Shown here in pieces: positions 7,954-17,061 of a stretch of 43,472 nt of DNA (the stretch's first letter is position 1; each line of letters starts with the position of its first letter). Source of the DNA: a virus. The DNA lies in the UHGV virus genome UHGV-0252305; one strand, written 5' to 3'. The position numbers and the translations under genes were made by a program. Below the pieces are notes generated by a model, which did not search any database, was not told where the DNA came from, and saw nothing but the letters and a program-made list of their open reading frames with translations.

Positions 7954-9374
7954 GTAAGTTTCAAAGACGCGAGTACCAGAAGCTCATGACCTCGTTCATG
8001 CTGCAACACCCGCGCTGTAATATCTGGTGCGGAATGGGGGGAGGTAAAACCTCCTCCACTATGTGGGTGCTCAACCGCCTGTTCCGCAACGGGCAGCTTA
8101 CGGAAGAGGACCGCGTGTTAATCCTTGCCCCGTTACGTGTTGCGTCCGGTACGTGGCCCGCTGAACAAGAGAAATGGCAATTCCCTTGTCTGCGTGTCGT
8201 AGATGCAACTGGTTCGGAGAAGCGCCGCATCGCAGCGCTGGAGTCAGATGCTAACGTGGTGTGCACTAACTACGAAGTTATCGAGTGGCTAATTGACTAC
8301 TACGGCAAAGACGACTGGCCTTTTACGGTTATCGTTGCCGATGAAAGCACGAAGCTTAAATCGTTCCGCAGCCGTTCGGGTGGTAGCAAGCGGGCAAAGG
8401 CGCTCAGCAAGGTTGCGTTCGGAAAGGTTAAGCGTTTCATTAACCTGACTGGCACGCCGTCGCCAAACGGCCTCAAGGACTTGTGGGGGCAGAACTGGTT
8501 TATCGACGCTGGCGAGCGACTCGGTTCATCGTACACAGCATTCACCGACCGCTGGTTTAACTCGGTACAGAAAGGTAAATCGGCTATGGCCCGCGAGTAT
8601 CATGCACGACCGGGTGCGGATAATGAGATTCATCAGAAGATGAAAGACATCAGCCTGACCATAGACCCTGCCGAGTGGTTTGGTTGTGAAGCGCCTGTTA
8701 TCGTACCGGTGGAAATAGACCTGCCGAAGAAAGCGCGTCAGGCGTACATAGATATGGAGGAGAAGTTATTCGCAGAACTGGAGAGCGGGGAAGTTGAAGC
8801 GGCTAACGCTGCGGCGAAGACCTCAAAGTGCTTGCAGATTGCATCTGGTGCCGTGTATGTGTCAGGGCCGGATGGCGAAGCGACCAAAGACTGGGAGAAA
8901 GTGCACGACACGAAACTGGATGCGCTCGAGTCGATTGTTGAGGAGTTGCAGGGTGCGCCGTTGCTGGTAGCCTATCAGTTTAAACACGAACTGGAGCGTA
9001 TCCTTAAGCGATTCCCACAGGCACAGGCGTTCGCCAAAGGCGCTAGGGGGAACAAGCAGATGGAAGCGTGGAACCGTGGGGAAATCGAGATTTTATGCGT
9101 GCATCCTGCGTCAGCCGGGCATGGTTTGAATTTACAGGACGGGGGTCATCATCTGGCGTTCATCTCGCAAGGCTGGAACCTTGAGCACTATTTGCAGGTT
9201 GTTGAGCGCATAGGCCCAGTCCGCCAGAAACAGGCGGGTCACGAGCGCCCGGTGTTCCTTTATCACATCGTTGCTAAAGACACTCTGGACGAGGTTGTCG
9301 CCGCTCGTACAGACGAGAAAAGGTCTGTACAGGATGAACTACTTAATTATATGAAACGTAGGAGTAAGAAATGA
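7950..9374 (+). CDS. SNF2/DEAD-like superfamily 2 helicase
   Basis: Walker A GMGGGKTS; DExx box VIVADEST; C-terminal helicase domain; 474 aa. Confidence 0.85.
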   Translation: MSKFQRREYQKLMTSFMLQHPRCNIWCGMGGGKTSSTMWVLNRLFRNGQLTEEDRVLILAPLRVASGTWPAEQEKWQFPCLRVVDATGSEKRRIAALESDANVVCTNYEVIEWLIDYYGKDDWPFTVIVADESTKLKSFRSRSGGSKRAKALSKVAFGKVKRFINLTGTPSPNGLKDLWGQNWFIDAGERLGSSYTAFTDRWFNSVQKGKSAMAREYHARPGADNEIHQKMKDISLTIDPAEWFGCEAPVIVPVEIDLPKKARQAYIDMEEKLFAELESGEVEAANAAAKTSKCLQIASGAVYVSGPDGEATKDWEKVHDTKLDALESIVEELQGAPLLVAYQFKHELERILKRFPQAQAFAKGARGNKQMEAWNRGEIEILCVHPASAGHGLNLQDGGHHLAFISQGWNLEHYLQVVERIGPVRQKQAGHERPVFLYHIVAKDTLDEVVAARTDEKRSVQDELLNYMKRRSKK

Positions 9375-9886
9375 TGGATTTCGAAGAGTTTCTACTTAAG
9401 GCGCATCTGCTGTCACGAGGTTTTGACGCAGACCGTCTCCAGGTAGTCTTAGCCCCTGGCGTTGCTACATTCTACTTGTGGGGTTTTGACGGCAGGCTAC
9501 GAGGATACCAGCATTACAAGCCGCATGCTGAAAAGAACTGTAAAAACCCTAAAGACGCGCGGTACTTTACCCGAACAACAAGGCCGTGTTTATGGGGACT
9601 TGAGTATTTGCCAAGTAGCGGGGCGGTATTTGTTACCGAAAGCATATTTAAAGCTGTTGCTTTGATGAATTGCGGGTTTAATGCAGTTAGCGCATTGGGG
9701 TCGAACATACCAGCTGACTTACGGCAGCAAATGTCACTTTTGCCGTATGAATGGGTGTGCGCCGGTGACAGTGATAAAGCGGGCTTAAAGTTCAGCAAAA
9801 CATTCACCAGAGGATTTGTATCTAACGACCTCGATGAACTTTGTGAAGAAGAAATAACGTATCTTGCGAGGAAATTTACCAGATGA
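9371..9886 (+). CDS. Toprim-domain protein (primase-like catalytic core)
   Basis: Conserved Glu (VFVTESIFKAV) and DxD (CAGDSDKAG) consistent with Toprim fold; ATGA coupling to helicase. Confidence 0.6.
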   Translation: MMDFEEFLLKAHLLSRGFDADRLQVVLAPGVATFYLWGFDGRLRGYQHYKPHAEKNCKNPKDARYFTRTTRPCLWGLEYLPSSGAVFVTESIFKAVALMNCGFNAVSALGSNIPADLRQQMSLLPYEWVCAGDSDKAGLKFSKTFTRGFVSNDLDELCEEEITYLARKFTR

Positions 9887-10020
9887 ACATCATAGCCCCA
9901 ATTCCGGCATTGCAAAAACGTATCAAGGAACTCGAAGAAGAGGTTCTGCGGCTACGTCAGCAAAGAGACGCCGCTAATGCGCAACTGGCGTTTGTACTGG
10001 AGAAGTTATCAGAAGAGTAG
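9883..10020 (+). CDS. Small coiled-coil peptide (45 aa), last gene of replication operon
   Basis: ATGA overlap with Toprim stop; translation verified; followed by bidirectional terminator. Confidence 0.35.
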   Translation: MNIIAPIPALQKRIKELEEEVLRLRQQRDAANAQLAFVLEKLSEE

Positions 10021-10025
10021 AGAAA

Positions 10026-10048
10026 AGGCCCCGTTTGGGGCCTTGTTT
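10026..10048. terminator. Bidirectional intrinsic terminator between replication operon and tailspike gene
   Basis: Stem aggcccc/ggggcct, loop gttt; A-run before and T-run after. Confidence 0.7.
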
Positions 10049-10050
10049 AT

Positions 10051-12387
10051 TTAACTGTTTGTCAGGGTAGCCACTAATGTCTCAAGCGCTATAATCCTTT
10101 TCTCTAACTGAGCTGCTTTACGTCGCTGTAACGCAGCCTCTAATATCAATACCTCATCATAACGAATACCATACCGCTCCCCTGCCGCCGTAGCTTTTGT
10201 TAATACTTCCCCAGATTCCTCATCAATAATTTCCGGAGACGCTTCCCACTTATCGTAGCACAGGAAACCGTACTTAGTCGCGTCTAACCCGTGCCGGGTA
10301 AACGCCTCAATTGCTCGTTGGGCTACTACTCCAAAGTGCCACCTAGCTGCATCCTCCCCCTTCTCTGCAACCCTATCCAGGTACTTATATTGAACTAAAT
10401 TAACTTCAGCCCAAGCGTCTAACATAGCGTCAGTTAATTCCAGGGGTAGTGTCTTGGCTCTCTCGTCAGACGTAACCGTAAACGCTGTTTGAGTGAATCC
10501 GCCGGACAAAGCGAGACTTGCCGACCCGATAGCGACGGTGTTTGCATGGGATGGTGTAATAGCCGTCGGGTCTATTTGAATATACGCCGATGTGTCAGAG
10601 GCTAAGCGTAAATTACCCTTAACCAGAGAAATAGTTCGATAAGTACCATCAGATGTGAGTAATTTTATCTGAGAGGTCGTATCTCCACCAATAGCCAAAG
10701 ATGTAGCCCCATCGGAAATTAGTCTGAATTTATCAGTTGTCTTAAAAGGCAATGCAGAAGTATCTATATACTTAGTGAACCACTCAAACCTACCGGACAT
10801 GGACCCTATGTATTGTCCTATAGCGGGGGCGTGTACCACGTTACTGGTGGTAGTACCATCAATGCTAGAGGCCCCGGTTATAGTAGATAGTGAACTAAGA
10901 AGACTGTTCTTGGGTCCAGGGTGCTTTACTTCCACAAAGTTACGGGTAGTCCCTGTCTCTAGTGTAACAACCCCGGAAGCACTATACATAGGGAAAACCG
11001 ATGCGTAGTTATTACTAGCTCCGGCTAAAAACCTAATAGAAGTCGCGGTTTGCGTTTGCCCTAAACTATTAGTTCCGCTACACCCAACCATTAGAATATT
11101 ATCAGCGGCATTATAGTTGCCTTGTAATGTAACGCCGTGTGCTTGCGTGGCCTCGGAGGAGGAGTAATCAGCTACAACATTTGTCACCAGATTACCTGAA
11201 CCCTTGCCGGCGACCACAGCGGCATACTTAGCGTTATTAGCAACAACATTACTGATAATATTACTGCTAGGGGCATTGGTCGTCTCGGTGCCATTATAAA
11301 CAACGTGCTGACAGCTTTGCCCAATGACGCCACTAACAACATTACATTTAGCATCTGTTTTCAACTCAACCGCCCCGAATTGGGGGTAGTTTCGGGCGAT
11401 AACATCGTTGATTATAGTATTACTTGCGGACTCAAACAGCACGCACCCCGCTGTTTTATTTGTAGCATACCCGGAGTAGTCGCCCCGTATGCCGCTTACA
11501 ATGTATCCAGACGGACCCCCATCGCTAGGGTATGCTATTAAACTAAATCCAGTTCCCTTTGCATTTTTAAAATCAATACCTTTAATAGTAACGTCCTGCC
11601 CACCGGCGAAGGAAACCTGCTGACCCTGTGTGGAGTCCGTTGCCTTATTTCCTACAATACTCAGGGTGCTAAGTAGCCCTCCTGCAGGTTTATCAAAGAT
11701 TAAGTGGTTTCCAGAATCGTTTGATTGTTTTAAAACCCCACCCCCTGTTCCGAATAGAGAGCATGTCGGGTGGGAGAGTAGCGACGTACTATACTCCCCT
11801 TGCGGTACAAGCACCCCGTTACTGGCTGTAAGCGCTCGGTTAAGGGCGTTTGTGTAATCAGGGTCAGTACCTAAATAGAAGTCCAGAACGGAAACTACTT
11901 CTCTATTTTTATCGTGTTGCGTCCTGCCGACAGCGTCGGTAAATGGTTGTCGGACGCCGACCATGGCATCACCTAATGTCGCGTTGTCTGTGCTGGATAA
12001 ATCATTGCGCAAATCCGGGTCAGTCTGCGGCTTCCAGTTAGCGTTACCAACCGGGTTAAACGATGCGGGGACAACAACCGGCAGAGTCCCGGTATACGAG
12101 TACCACGTCTTGCTTACGGGGTCATACACCACTTTGTCGTGGTCATTAACTGTTAACGTACCGCCGGTGGAAAAGTCCCACGATACGGGAGAAAAACCAG
12201 CGTCACGCAACACGGCAGGGAGCGTCTTCTGGGTCTGCCCGGTAACAGGGTTGGTCGCGTAATCAATATCGGCGCCACCAGCAACCCCGCCGGATTTACC
12301 GGTGATAACCTCGGCTTCAAAAATTTGGTGTTTCTTGGCGGTTTGTAAATCCGCCAGGCTTAAAACGTCACCGCATCCGCTTGACAT
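10051..12387 (-). CDS. Tailspike / tail fibre with beta-helix-like body and C-terminal intramolecular chaperone (peptidase S74-like) domain
   Basis: 778 aa; C-terminal region (SDERAKTLPLELTDAMLDAW...) matches the auto-cleaving chaperone domain of phage tailspikes as I recall it; last gene of tail module; SD AGAGGA. Confidence 0.75.
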   Translation of the reverse strand: MSSGCGDVLSLADLQTAKKHQIFEAEVITGKSGGVAGGADIDYATNPVTGQTQKTLPAVLRDAGFSPVSWDFSTGGTLTVNDHDKVVYDPVSKTWYSYTGTLPVVVPASFNPVGNANWKPQTDPDLRNDLSSTDNATLGDAMVGVRQPFTDAVGRTQHDKNREVVSVLDFYLGTDPDYTNALNRALTASNGVLVPQGEYSTSLLSHPTCSLFGTGGGVLKQSNDSGNHLIFDKPAGGLLSTLSIVGNKATDSTQGQQVSFAGGQDVTIKGIDFKNAKGTGFSLIAYPSDGGPSGYIVSGIRGDYSGYATNKTAGCVLFESASNTIINDVIARNYPQFGAVELKTDAKCNVVSGVIGQSCQHVVYNGTETTNAPSSNIISNVVANNAKYAAVVAGKGSGNLVTNVVADYSSSEATQAHGVTLQGNYNAADNILMVGCSGTNSLGQTQTATSIRFLAGASNNYASVFPMYSASGVVTLETGTTRNFVEVKHPGPKNSLLSSLSTITGASSIDGTTTSNVVHAPAIGQYIGSMSGRFEWFTKYIDTSALPFKTTDKFRLISDGATSLAIGGDTTSQIKLLTSDGTYRTISLVKGNLRLASDTSAYIQIDPTAITPSHANTVAIGSASLALSGGFTQTAFTVTSDERAKTLPLELTDAMLDAWAEVNLVQYKYLDRVAEKGEDAARWHFGVVAQRAIEAFTRHGLDATKYGFLCYDKWEASPEIIDEESGEVLTKATAAGERYGIRYDEVLILEAALQRRKAAQLEKRIIALETLVATLTNS

Positions 12388-12399
12388 ATAGAGTCCTCT

Positions 12400-14967
12400 T
12401 TAATTAAAACCATTGCTGAATCCGTCGGAGAAACCGCTGCCGTATGGCGCGACGCCGTCGTATTTATAGAATCCGTCATCATAGTTGTAGCCCGTAATCT
12501 TGACCGTGCGGTCGTCGCCGGGGTCGATTGAAGAAACAACTATCTTCTGAGCATTATGCCTTGCTTCGTTGCCGAATGAAAACTCAGTTTTTAGCGCACT
12601 ATTCCCCGTGTAGATTGCCTCCTCCGGCGCGGAGAGCATAATCACTTCGCGGTCGTGGCTTCCTTTGATAACAGAAATACTCTGCACAGAGCCGTCGCGC
12701 TTCTTAAGAATGATGGAATGGTCATCACCAGGAGTAAACGTAACAGGCTGAGACAGCGTCAGCGTAAGGCCATTGACGGCAACAACATAACCATCCTGCG
12801 GCGCGATACGCGAGCCTTTAACCACACTGATTACGCCGCCGGGAGTAGCGAGAGCGCCTTCTTCGGTAGCTTCGAACTCTACGACAACTTTACTTAACGT
12901 GTTGCGCTGGTAGCGACGCCACGCCAGCCAGTACGCTTGCTGATAGTTACGTACACCCTTCGATTCGTACTCCTCGGTGTTCGCGCCGAGTTCTTCCGGG
13001 ATATAAATCGTCTCCTGTACGTTTGTATCCGGGTCAATGTACGAGAACGACAGGCTATCGTAGGTTGTCGAATCGTTGAACGTGCGCGTCCATTTCTCCG
13101 TACCGGTCGTTTTGCTGCGGTGGGTGAAAACCATCTCAGGCCCCGCAACAGGACGGTCGAATCGCAGCATAATATCAGCACCTTTACGGTATGCCGTACA
13201 AAACACGGCTTCCGCGATGGTCTGAACGATGTCTTGCATGGTTGTGTCGTAGTCGTCGAATGTGTAGCAGAACTGCCCGGCTAATTCACTGTCAAAATAC
13301 GACTCAATTTCTTCCTGCACGGCAAGTAACTTGTCCATATTTGCCGTTGTCAGTTCCAGATTACCCACCACAGGGTCACGCGCCAGCCTGATTAGCGACT
13401 GCACGGCCTGAGTGTTCGGTGTCATTACCGTATCGAATACGCCGTTACCTAAGTATTTGTAGCACATCTCGGTAGCAATCATGCGCAGTTCCGGTTCTGA
13501 CACCTCGGCTGCACGTGGGGTTTGTTTACGGGCACAGTGCACCGTAGTGCGGTTGCCGTAGTGCGGTGTTGTGTCCAGAGACTGTCCGTACAGGTTAGTG
13601 AAAGTAACCTCGTCGCTAACAGTACCCTCAAAATCTTTATCAGTATCGGAAACACGGCGCATACGGGCGCGGAATCTGGAAGCGGTAGGCAAGCTTCCGT
13701 ATAGGGTAATACCAGTGTAATCGGTGTTTCTCCCTGTAACAGTGCCTTGCACGGTGAATATGCCACCAACGGGCTGTTTCAATTCGTCCACCATCTGGTA
13801 TTGCAGTTCCACCGTAACGGAGGCACGGTTATAATCGCCGTTATATTTATACATGCCGTTGCTGGCGGCGACATTGGCTACAACACGGTTGACCGTACCG
13901 CGGGTGATGTACGCCCATTCAGAGAGGGAAGCCGCGTAAGTGTCCGCCGGACCTATGAGATGGTTACCCTCTTCACCTATAAACCATACAGATGTTCCTA
14001 GCTGGTTCCATATTGATTGATTTGTACTGACGTCCACAATAAGGGTCGTTTCACTAACAGAAAGAACCGTGTACCTCCCGTCCAGGTTAACCTCATTACC
14101 CAAAGACCCTGGGGTTGTATCTGCATATACGTTATCGAAGTATGCCAGGTCCCCGACCGCCAAAAACTCATCGAAACCAGCGTCATCGCCTACTACAACG
14201 CCGGTTGTTCCCTGCCGCTGGACAGTGTAGTCCTGCACGTCTATAGCGATATCATTAGGGGCGGGAAGAACAGCGCCATCGACATCGGCGTTTTTAAATG
14301 TAACGTACAATTTCTGGTCTATAGGGTCGCCGATATGCAATTGTGGTGTGCTGGTGTTATTCGGCGAAGTGTAAGGAGAATACACCGTCACCGACGAGCC
14401 AGTTATCTCGCTGATTCGGGTATCTGCCTCAGTTACACCGTCTTCCTCAATATGCAGATACCCTCGACCGGCGTCATAGTACGCATATTCAATAAGCGCC
14501 CCCGTGGCGTTAAACACCTTATACGTCTGCATCAGGTCATTGGGTATAGTCTGCACTGTCCCGCAGATGTCATAAGAACGTTCATAAGGACGTGGCTTGT
14601 TCGAGCGGTCAGTAAGACTGTTGTTAGGCGACGTAGCCTGATTGTTGGTAGCGGAATAATTAGCGTTAGCTGCTGTGTTTAGCCCGAACAATTTGGCAAT
14701 TGGCTTAAGGATGAAACTGAATACACTACCGATAGCGTCGCCGATACCACCGCCTGCACCCTCGATAATGTGGTACACGGCGTCCTCGTCTTTGAGCGCA
14801 TCGAAGTCGTCTGTTACATCTGTATCATCGCCAATCTCACCGAGATAGACGCGCACTGGCACGCCGTCCGGGATACGGTTAACTACAAACTCCATCGGCA
14901 TCCCGACGTGTTTTGTACGGTCGAAAGCGCCATCAGCGTTTCGCGTGTAGTGCAGGATTATCGCCAA
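12400..14967 (-). CDS. Tail tip / host-specificity protein (lambda gpJ-like central fibre)
   Basis: 855 aa, positioned between minor tail genes and tailspike. Confidence 0.65.
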   Translation of the reverse strand: MAIILHYTRNADGAFDRTKHVGMPMEFVVNRIPDGVPVRVYLGEIGDDTDVTDDFDALKDEDAVYHIIEGAGGGIGDAIGSVFSFILKPIAKLFGLNTAANANYSATNNQATSPNNSLTDRSNKPRPYERSYDICGTVQTIPNDLMQTYKVFNATGALIEYAYYDAGRGYLHIEEDGVTEADTRISEITGSSVTVYSPYTSPNNTSTPQLHIGDPIDQKLYVTFKNADVDGAVLPAPNDIAIDVQDYTVQRQGTTGVVVGDDAGFDEFLAVGDLAYFDNVYADTTPGSLGNEVNLDGRYTVLSVSETTLIVDVSTNQSIWNQLGTSVWFIGEEGNHLIGPADTYAASLSEWAYITRGTVNRVVANVAASNGMYKYNGDYNRASVTVELQYQMVDELKQPVGGIFTVQGTVTGRNTDYTGITLYGSLPTASRFRARMRRVSDTDKDFEGTVSDEVTFTNLYGQSLDTTPHYGNRTTVHCARKQTPRAAEVSEPELRMIATEMCYKYLGNGVFDTVMTPNTQAVQSLIRLARDPVVGNLELTTANMDKLLAVQEEIESYFDSELAGQFCYTFDDYDTTMQDIVQTIAEAVFCTAYRKGADIMLRFDRPVAGPEMVFTHRSKTTGTEKWTRTFNDSTTYDSLSFSYIDPDTNVQETIYIPEELGANTEEYESKGVRNYQQAYWLAWRRYQRNTLSKVVVEFEATEEGALATPGGVISVVKGSRIAPQDGYVVAVNGLTLTLSQPVTFTPGDDHSIILKKRDGSVQSISVIKGSHDREVIMLSAPEEAIYTGNSALKTEFSFGNEARHNAQKIVVSSIDPGDDRTVKITGYNYDDGFYKYDGVAPYGSGFSDGFSNGFN

Positions 14968-15323
14968 AATTCAATCTCCGTGTACGTGTCTCTGAGGTCC
15001 GCCAGCCTGTCAAGCCGTACCTGACGTGAGGCAAGCTCACAATGACTCACCATCCCGTCGAAGTAAACTCCTGCGTGCCACACGATACGACCGCCACGGC
15101 GATACCCCATAAGCACCGCACAGAAGTTTTCAGGCCTATCAATTTTCGTAAGCCCCTTCGTGTTGCGGTGTCCTTCGTCAAACGCTTCGTTAATCGCCGT
15201 TGGGCTTGTAACGTCGAACGCCGGGGTGTCTAACCCGGCATCCGCCCGTACAATACGCACGTGATGCCAGCAATTTCGTTTACGGAAGTCGTAAGGTATG
15301 CCCGTGTAGTCGTTAATATTCAT
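14958..15323 (-). CDS. Tail assembly protein, NlpC/P60-like (lambda gpK-like)
   Basis: 121 aa; Cys-His-His candidates (NCWHH); position in tail tip cluster. Confidence 0.45.
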   Translation of the reverse strand: MNINDYTGIPYDFRKRNCWHHVRIVRADAGLDTPAFDVTSPTAINEAFDEGHRNTKGLTKIDRPENFCAVLMGYRRGGRIVWHAGVYFDGMVSHCELASRQVRLDRLADLRDTYTEIEFWR

Positions 15324-15850
15324 GTGGTCAACAGGCCGCGTAATAACGGTATCTCTTTAGGTGTCATCAGTATACCAGTGCTTCGTTGGTTCAGCATAGG
15401 TGTACCGACATCCGCAGAGAATTCGCCTTTCTCTTGGTTGATAGCCTGTAACTCGTACACGACTGGGCCGTCAGCTGGATAAGACAGGTCGGTACTGACG
15501 TAACGACGGAAGACGAACTTCGGCAACTCGGTGTTACTCATCGGTATTTTATCCATCTCATCGTCCAGTTGATTGAGAATATCCGGTAAAGTAAACGTGG
15601 TCGTCTGGTCCATATCACTGTTATTAGCGGCCCCCGACGCCTCCATCGGGGTGGGTTCGAACGTGATAGTTTCGCCTGTTTCCAGTGTTGCCGTAAGTTC
15701 CTGTAACCCGCGCACAAGATAGTACGTCTTCGACAACAACGGATGGCTGATTTGCAATGTGATGTAATCCATCTCGCCGTCGGGGTTTGAGGCCAGCTTA
15801 CGGCGATAGGCGGCTTCTACTGATTCCTGACTCATTGCATCGGGTCCCAA
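15320..15850 (-). CDS. Minor tail protein
   Basis: Position between tape measure and tail tip genes; overlapping stop/start. Confidence 0.5.
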   Translation of the reverse strand: MGPDAMSQESVEAAYRRKLASNPDGEMDYITLQISHPLLSKTYYLVRGLQELTATLETGETITFEPTPMEASGAANNSDMDQTTTFTLPDILNQLDDEMDKIPMSNTELPKFVFRRYVSTDLSYPADGPVVYELQAINQEKGEFSADVGTPMLNQRSTGILMTPKEIPLLRGLLTT

Positions 15851-16332
15851 ATTCGTGGAAACGTTGATTGTGCGGTTCCGTAGGCTTTAAGGAAACCCCC
15901 CAGCCCGTCGCCATAGCAACCATACAAATCCGGCAGATTGTTAACAAGACACTGGTTCTCAAGGTCCTGAAACGGCGATTTCTCAGCGGTTGCCGTGAAA
16001 GTAATCGTCCAGTTAATGCCATCTTCGGTAGATTCCGCGATGGTTGACGTGATGGTTACCTGGTAGTCCTCAATACCCATGCCGAAGTCATGCGCCATCC
16101 AGAAACTTGACGCACCGCCATCGACTTTTTCGAGGAACGACAGAAACGCCTGCCGCCCTAGCGCCGATGTAATCAGGGTTACACTTATCGGGAACACGTC
16201 GTAATATGTGTCACGGCCCTGACGCACCCCGCCACCGGCTAAATCGACCCTCCAGACGTTGTTACGTCGGGTCATCGAGTAGCCTTTCGATACAATTGGC
16301 TTTAAACTTGCTGGAAATTTCAAAGAAGACAT
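15832..16332 (-). CDS. Minor tail protein (distal tail-like)
   Basis: 166 aa downstream of tape measure on - strand; SD TAGGAG. Confidence 0.5.
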   Translation of the reverse strand: MSSLKFPASLKPIVSKGYSMTRRNNVWRVDLAGGGVRQGRDTYYDVFPISVTLITSALGRQAFLSFLEKVDGGASSFWMAHDFGMGIEDYQVTITSTIAESTEDGINWTITFTATAEKSPFQDLENQCLVNNLPDLYGCYGDGLGGFLKAYGTAQSTFPRIWDPMQ

Positions 16333-16367
16333 GGCAAGATACTCCTATTAGTTTAGGAGATACTAAC

Positions 16368-17018
16368 ATGATGCCAACCGAAAAAGTAGCCAAGAGCATG
16401 TGGCTGCGTGCGAATTATCCTGCGAACAAAAGCAGCAAAACTAAGCGTGCAACTATATGCGATTTTGGCATAAATGACGCCGATTATGTGGTTAGCCCCA
16501 AGATAAACGGCAACCGTGAGACGTGTCTGGCGTACGCTACATGGCGAGGGATGATCCAACGTTGCGTGGGCGCCGAGTATAAAAACAAAAGGCCTGCGTA
16601 CAGGGATGTAACTGTGTGGCATGGGTGGCAAAGGTTTATGTCCTTCCGTAGATGGTGGCTTTGTAATTATGTGGAGGGATGGGAGCTAGATAAGGATATA
16701 TTCTCTGGTATTAATAAGGTATACAGCCCTACCACTTGCATCTTCATCCCTAAATGGCTGAATGTTTTCCTAAAGGAAAAGAAAAATAGGGGAACACCTA
16801 CGGGTGTTTTTTATGAAGAATCTAGAGGTAAATTTAAAGCCTCAGTGAGCTATGATAAAAAAACTATTAATCTAGGACGTTTTGAAACTCAGGAAGAAGC
16901 GCTAGATGCTTACATTGCTGAAAAGATAAGGGTGGCGGAATCAAGAAGATGTGAGATAGAGGCGATAAGGGAAGGTATGTTCGACCGCGTTATCGCCTTG
17001 ATAAAAGAGGGTCGTTAG
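16368..17018 (+). CDS. Homing-endonuclease-like DNA-binding protein with C-terminal AP2 domain
   Basis: C-terminal GVFYEESRGKFKASVSYDKKTINLGRFETQEEALDAYIAEKIR fits AP2 fold; N-terminal YATWRGMIQRC-type motif seen in phage HNH/AP2 proteins; ATG at 16368 with SD TAGGAG (track start 16206 rejected). Confidence 0.6.
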   Translation: MMPTEKVAKSMWLRANYPANKSSKTKRATICDFGINDADYVVSPKINGNRETCLAYATWRGMIQRCVGAEYKNKRPAYRDVTVWHGWQRFMSFRRWWLCNYVEGWELDKDIFSGINKVYSPTTCIFIPKWLNVFLKEKKNRGTPTGVFYEESRGKFKASVSYDKKTINLGRFETQEEALDAYIAEKIRVAESRRCEIEAIREGMFDRVIALIKEGR

Positions 17019-17036
17019 CCCAGAGGCTGGAGAAAT

Positions 17037-17057
17037 AAGGCCCTTTCGGGCCTTTAT
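17037..17057. terminator. Bidirectional terminator between HNH/AP2 gene and tape measure gene
   Basis: Stem aaggccc/gggcctt, loop tttc; T-rich on both sides. Confidence 0.6.
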
Positions 17058-17061
17058 GTTA

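Noticed and set aside
14017-14682. 221-aa + strand ORF
   Set aside because: Lies entirely antisense within the 855-aa tail tip gene; Cys/Arg-rich low-complexity translation and no RBS; shadow ORF.
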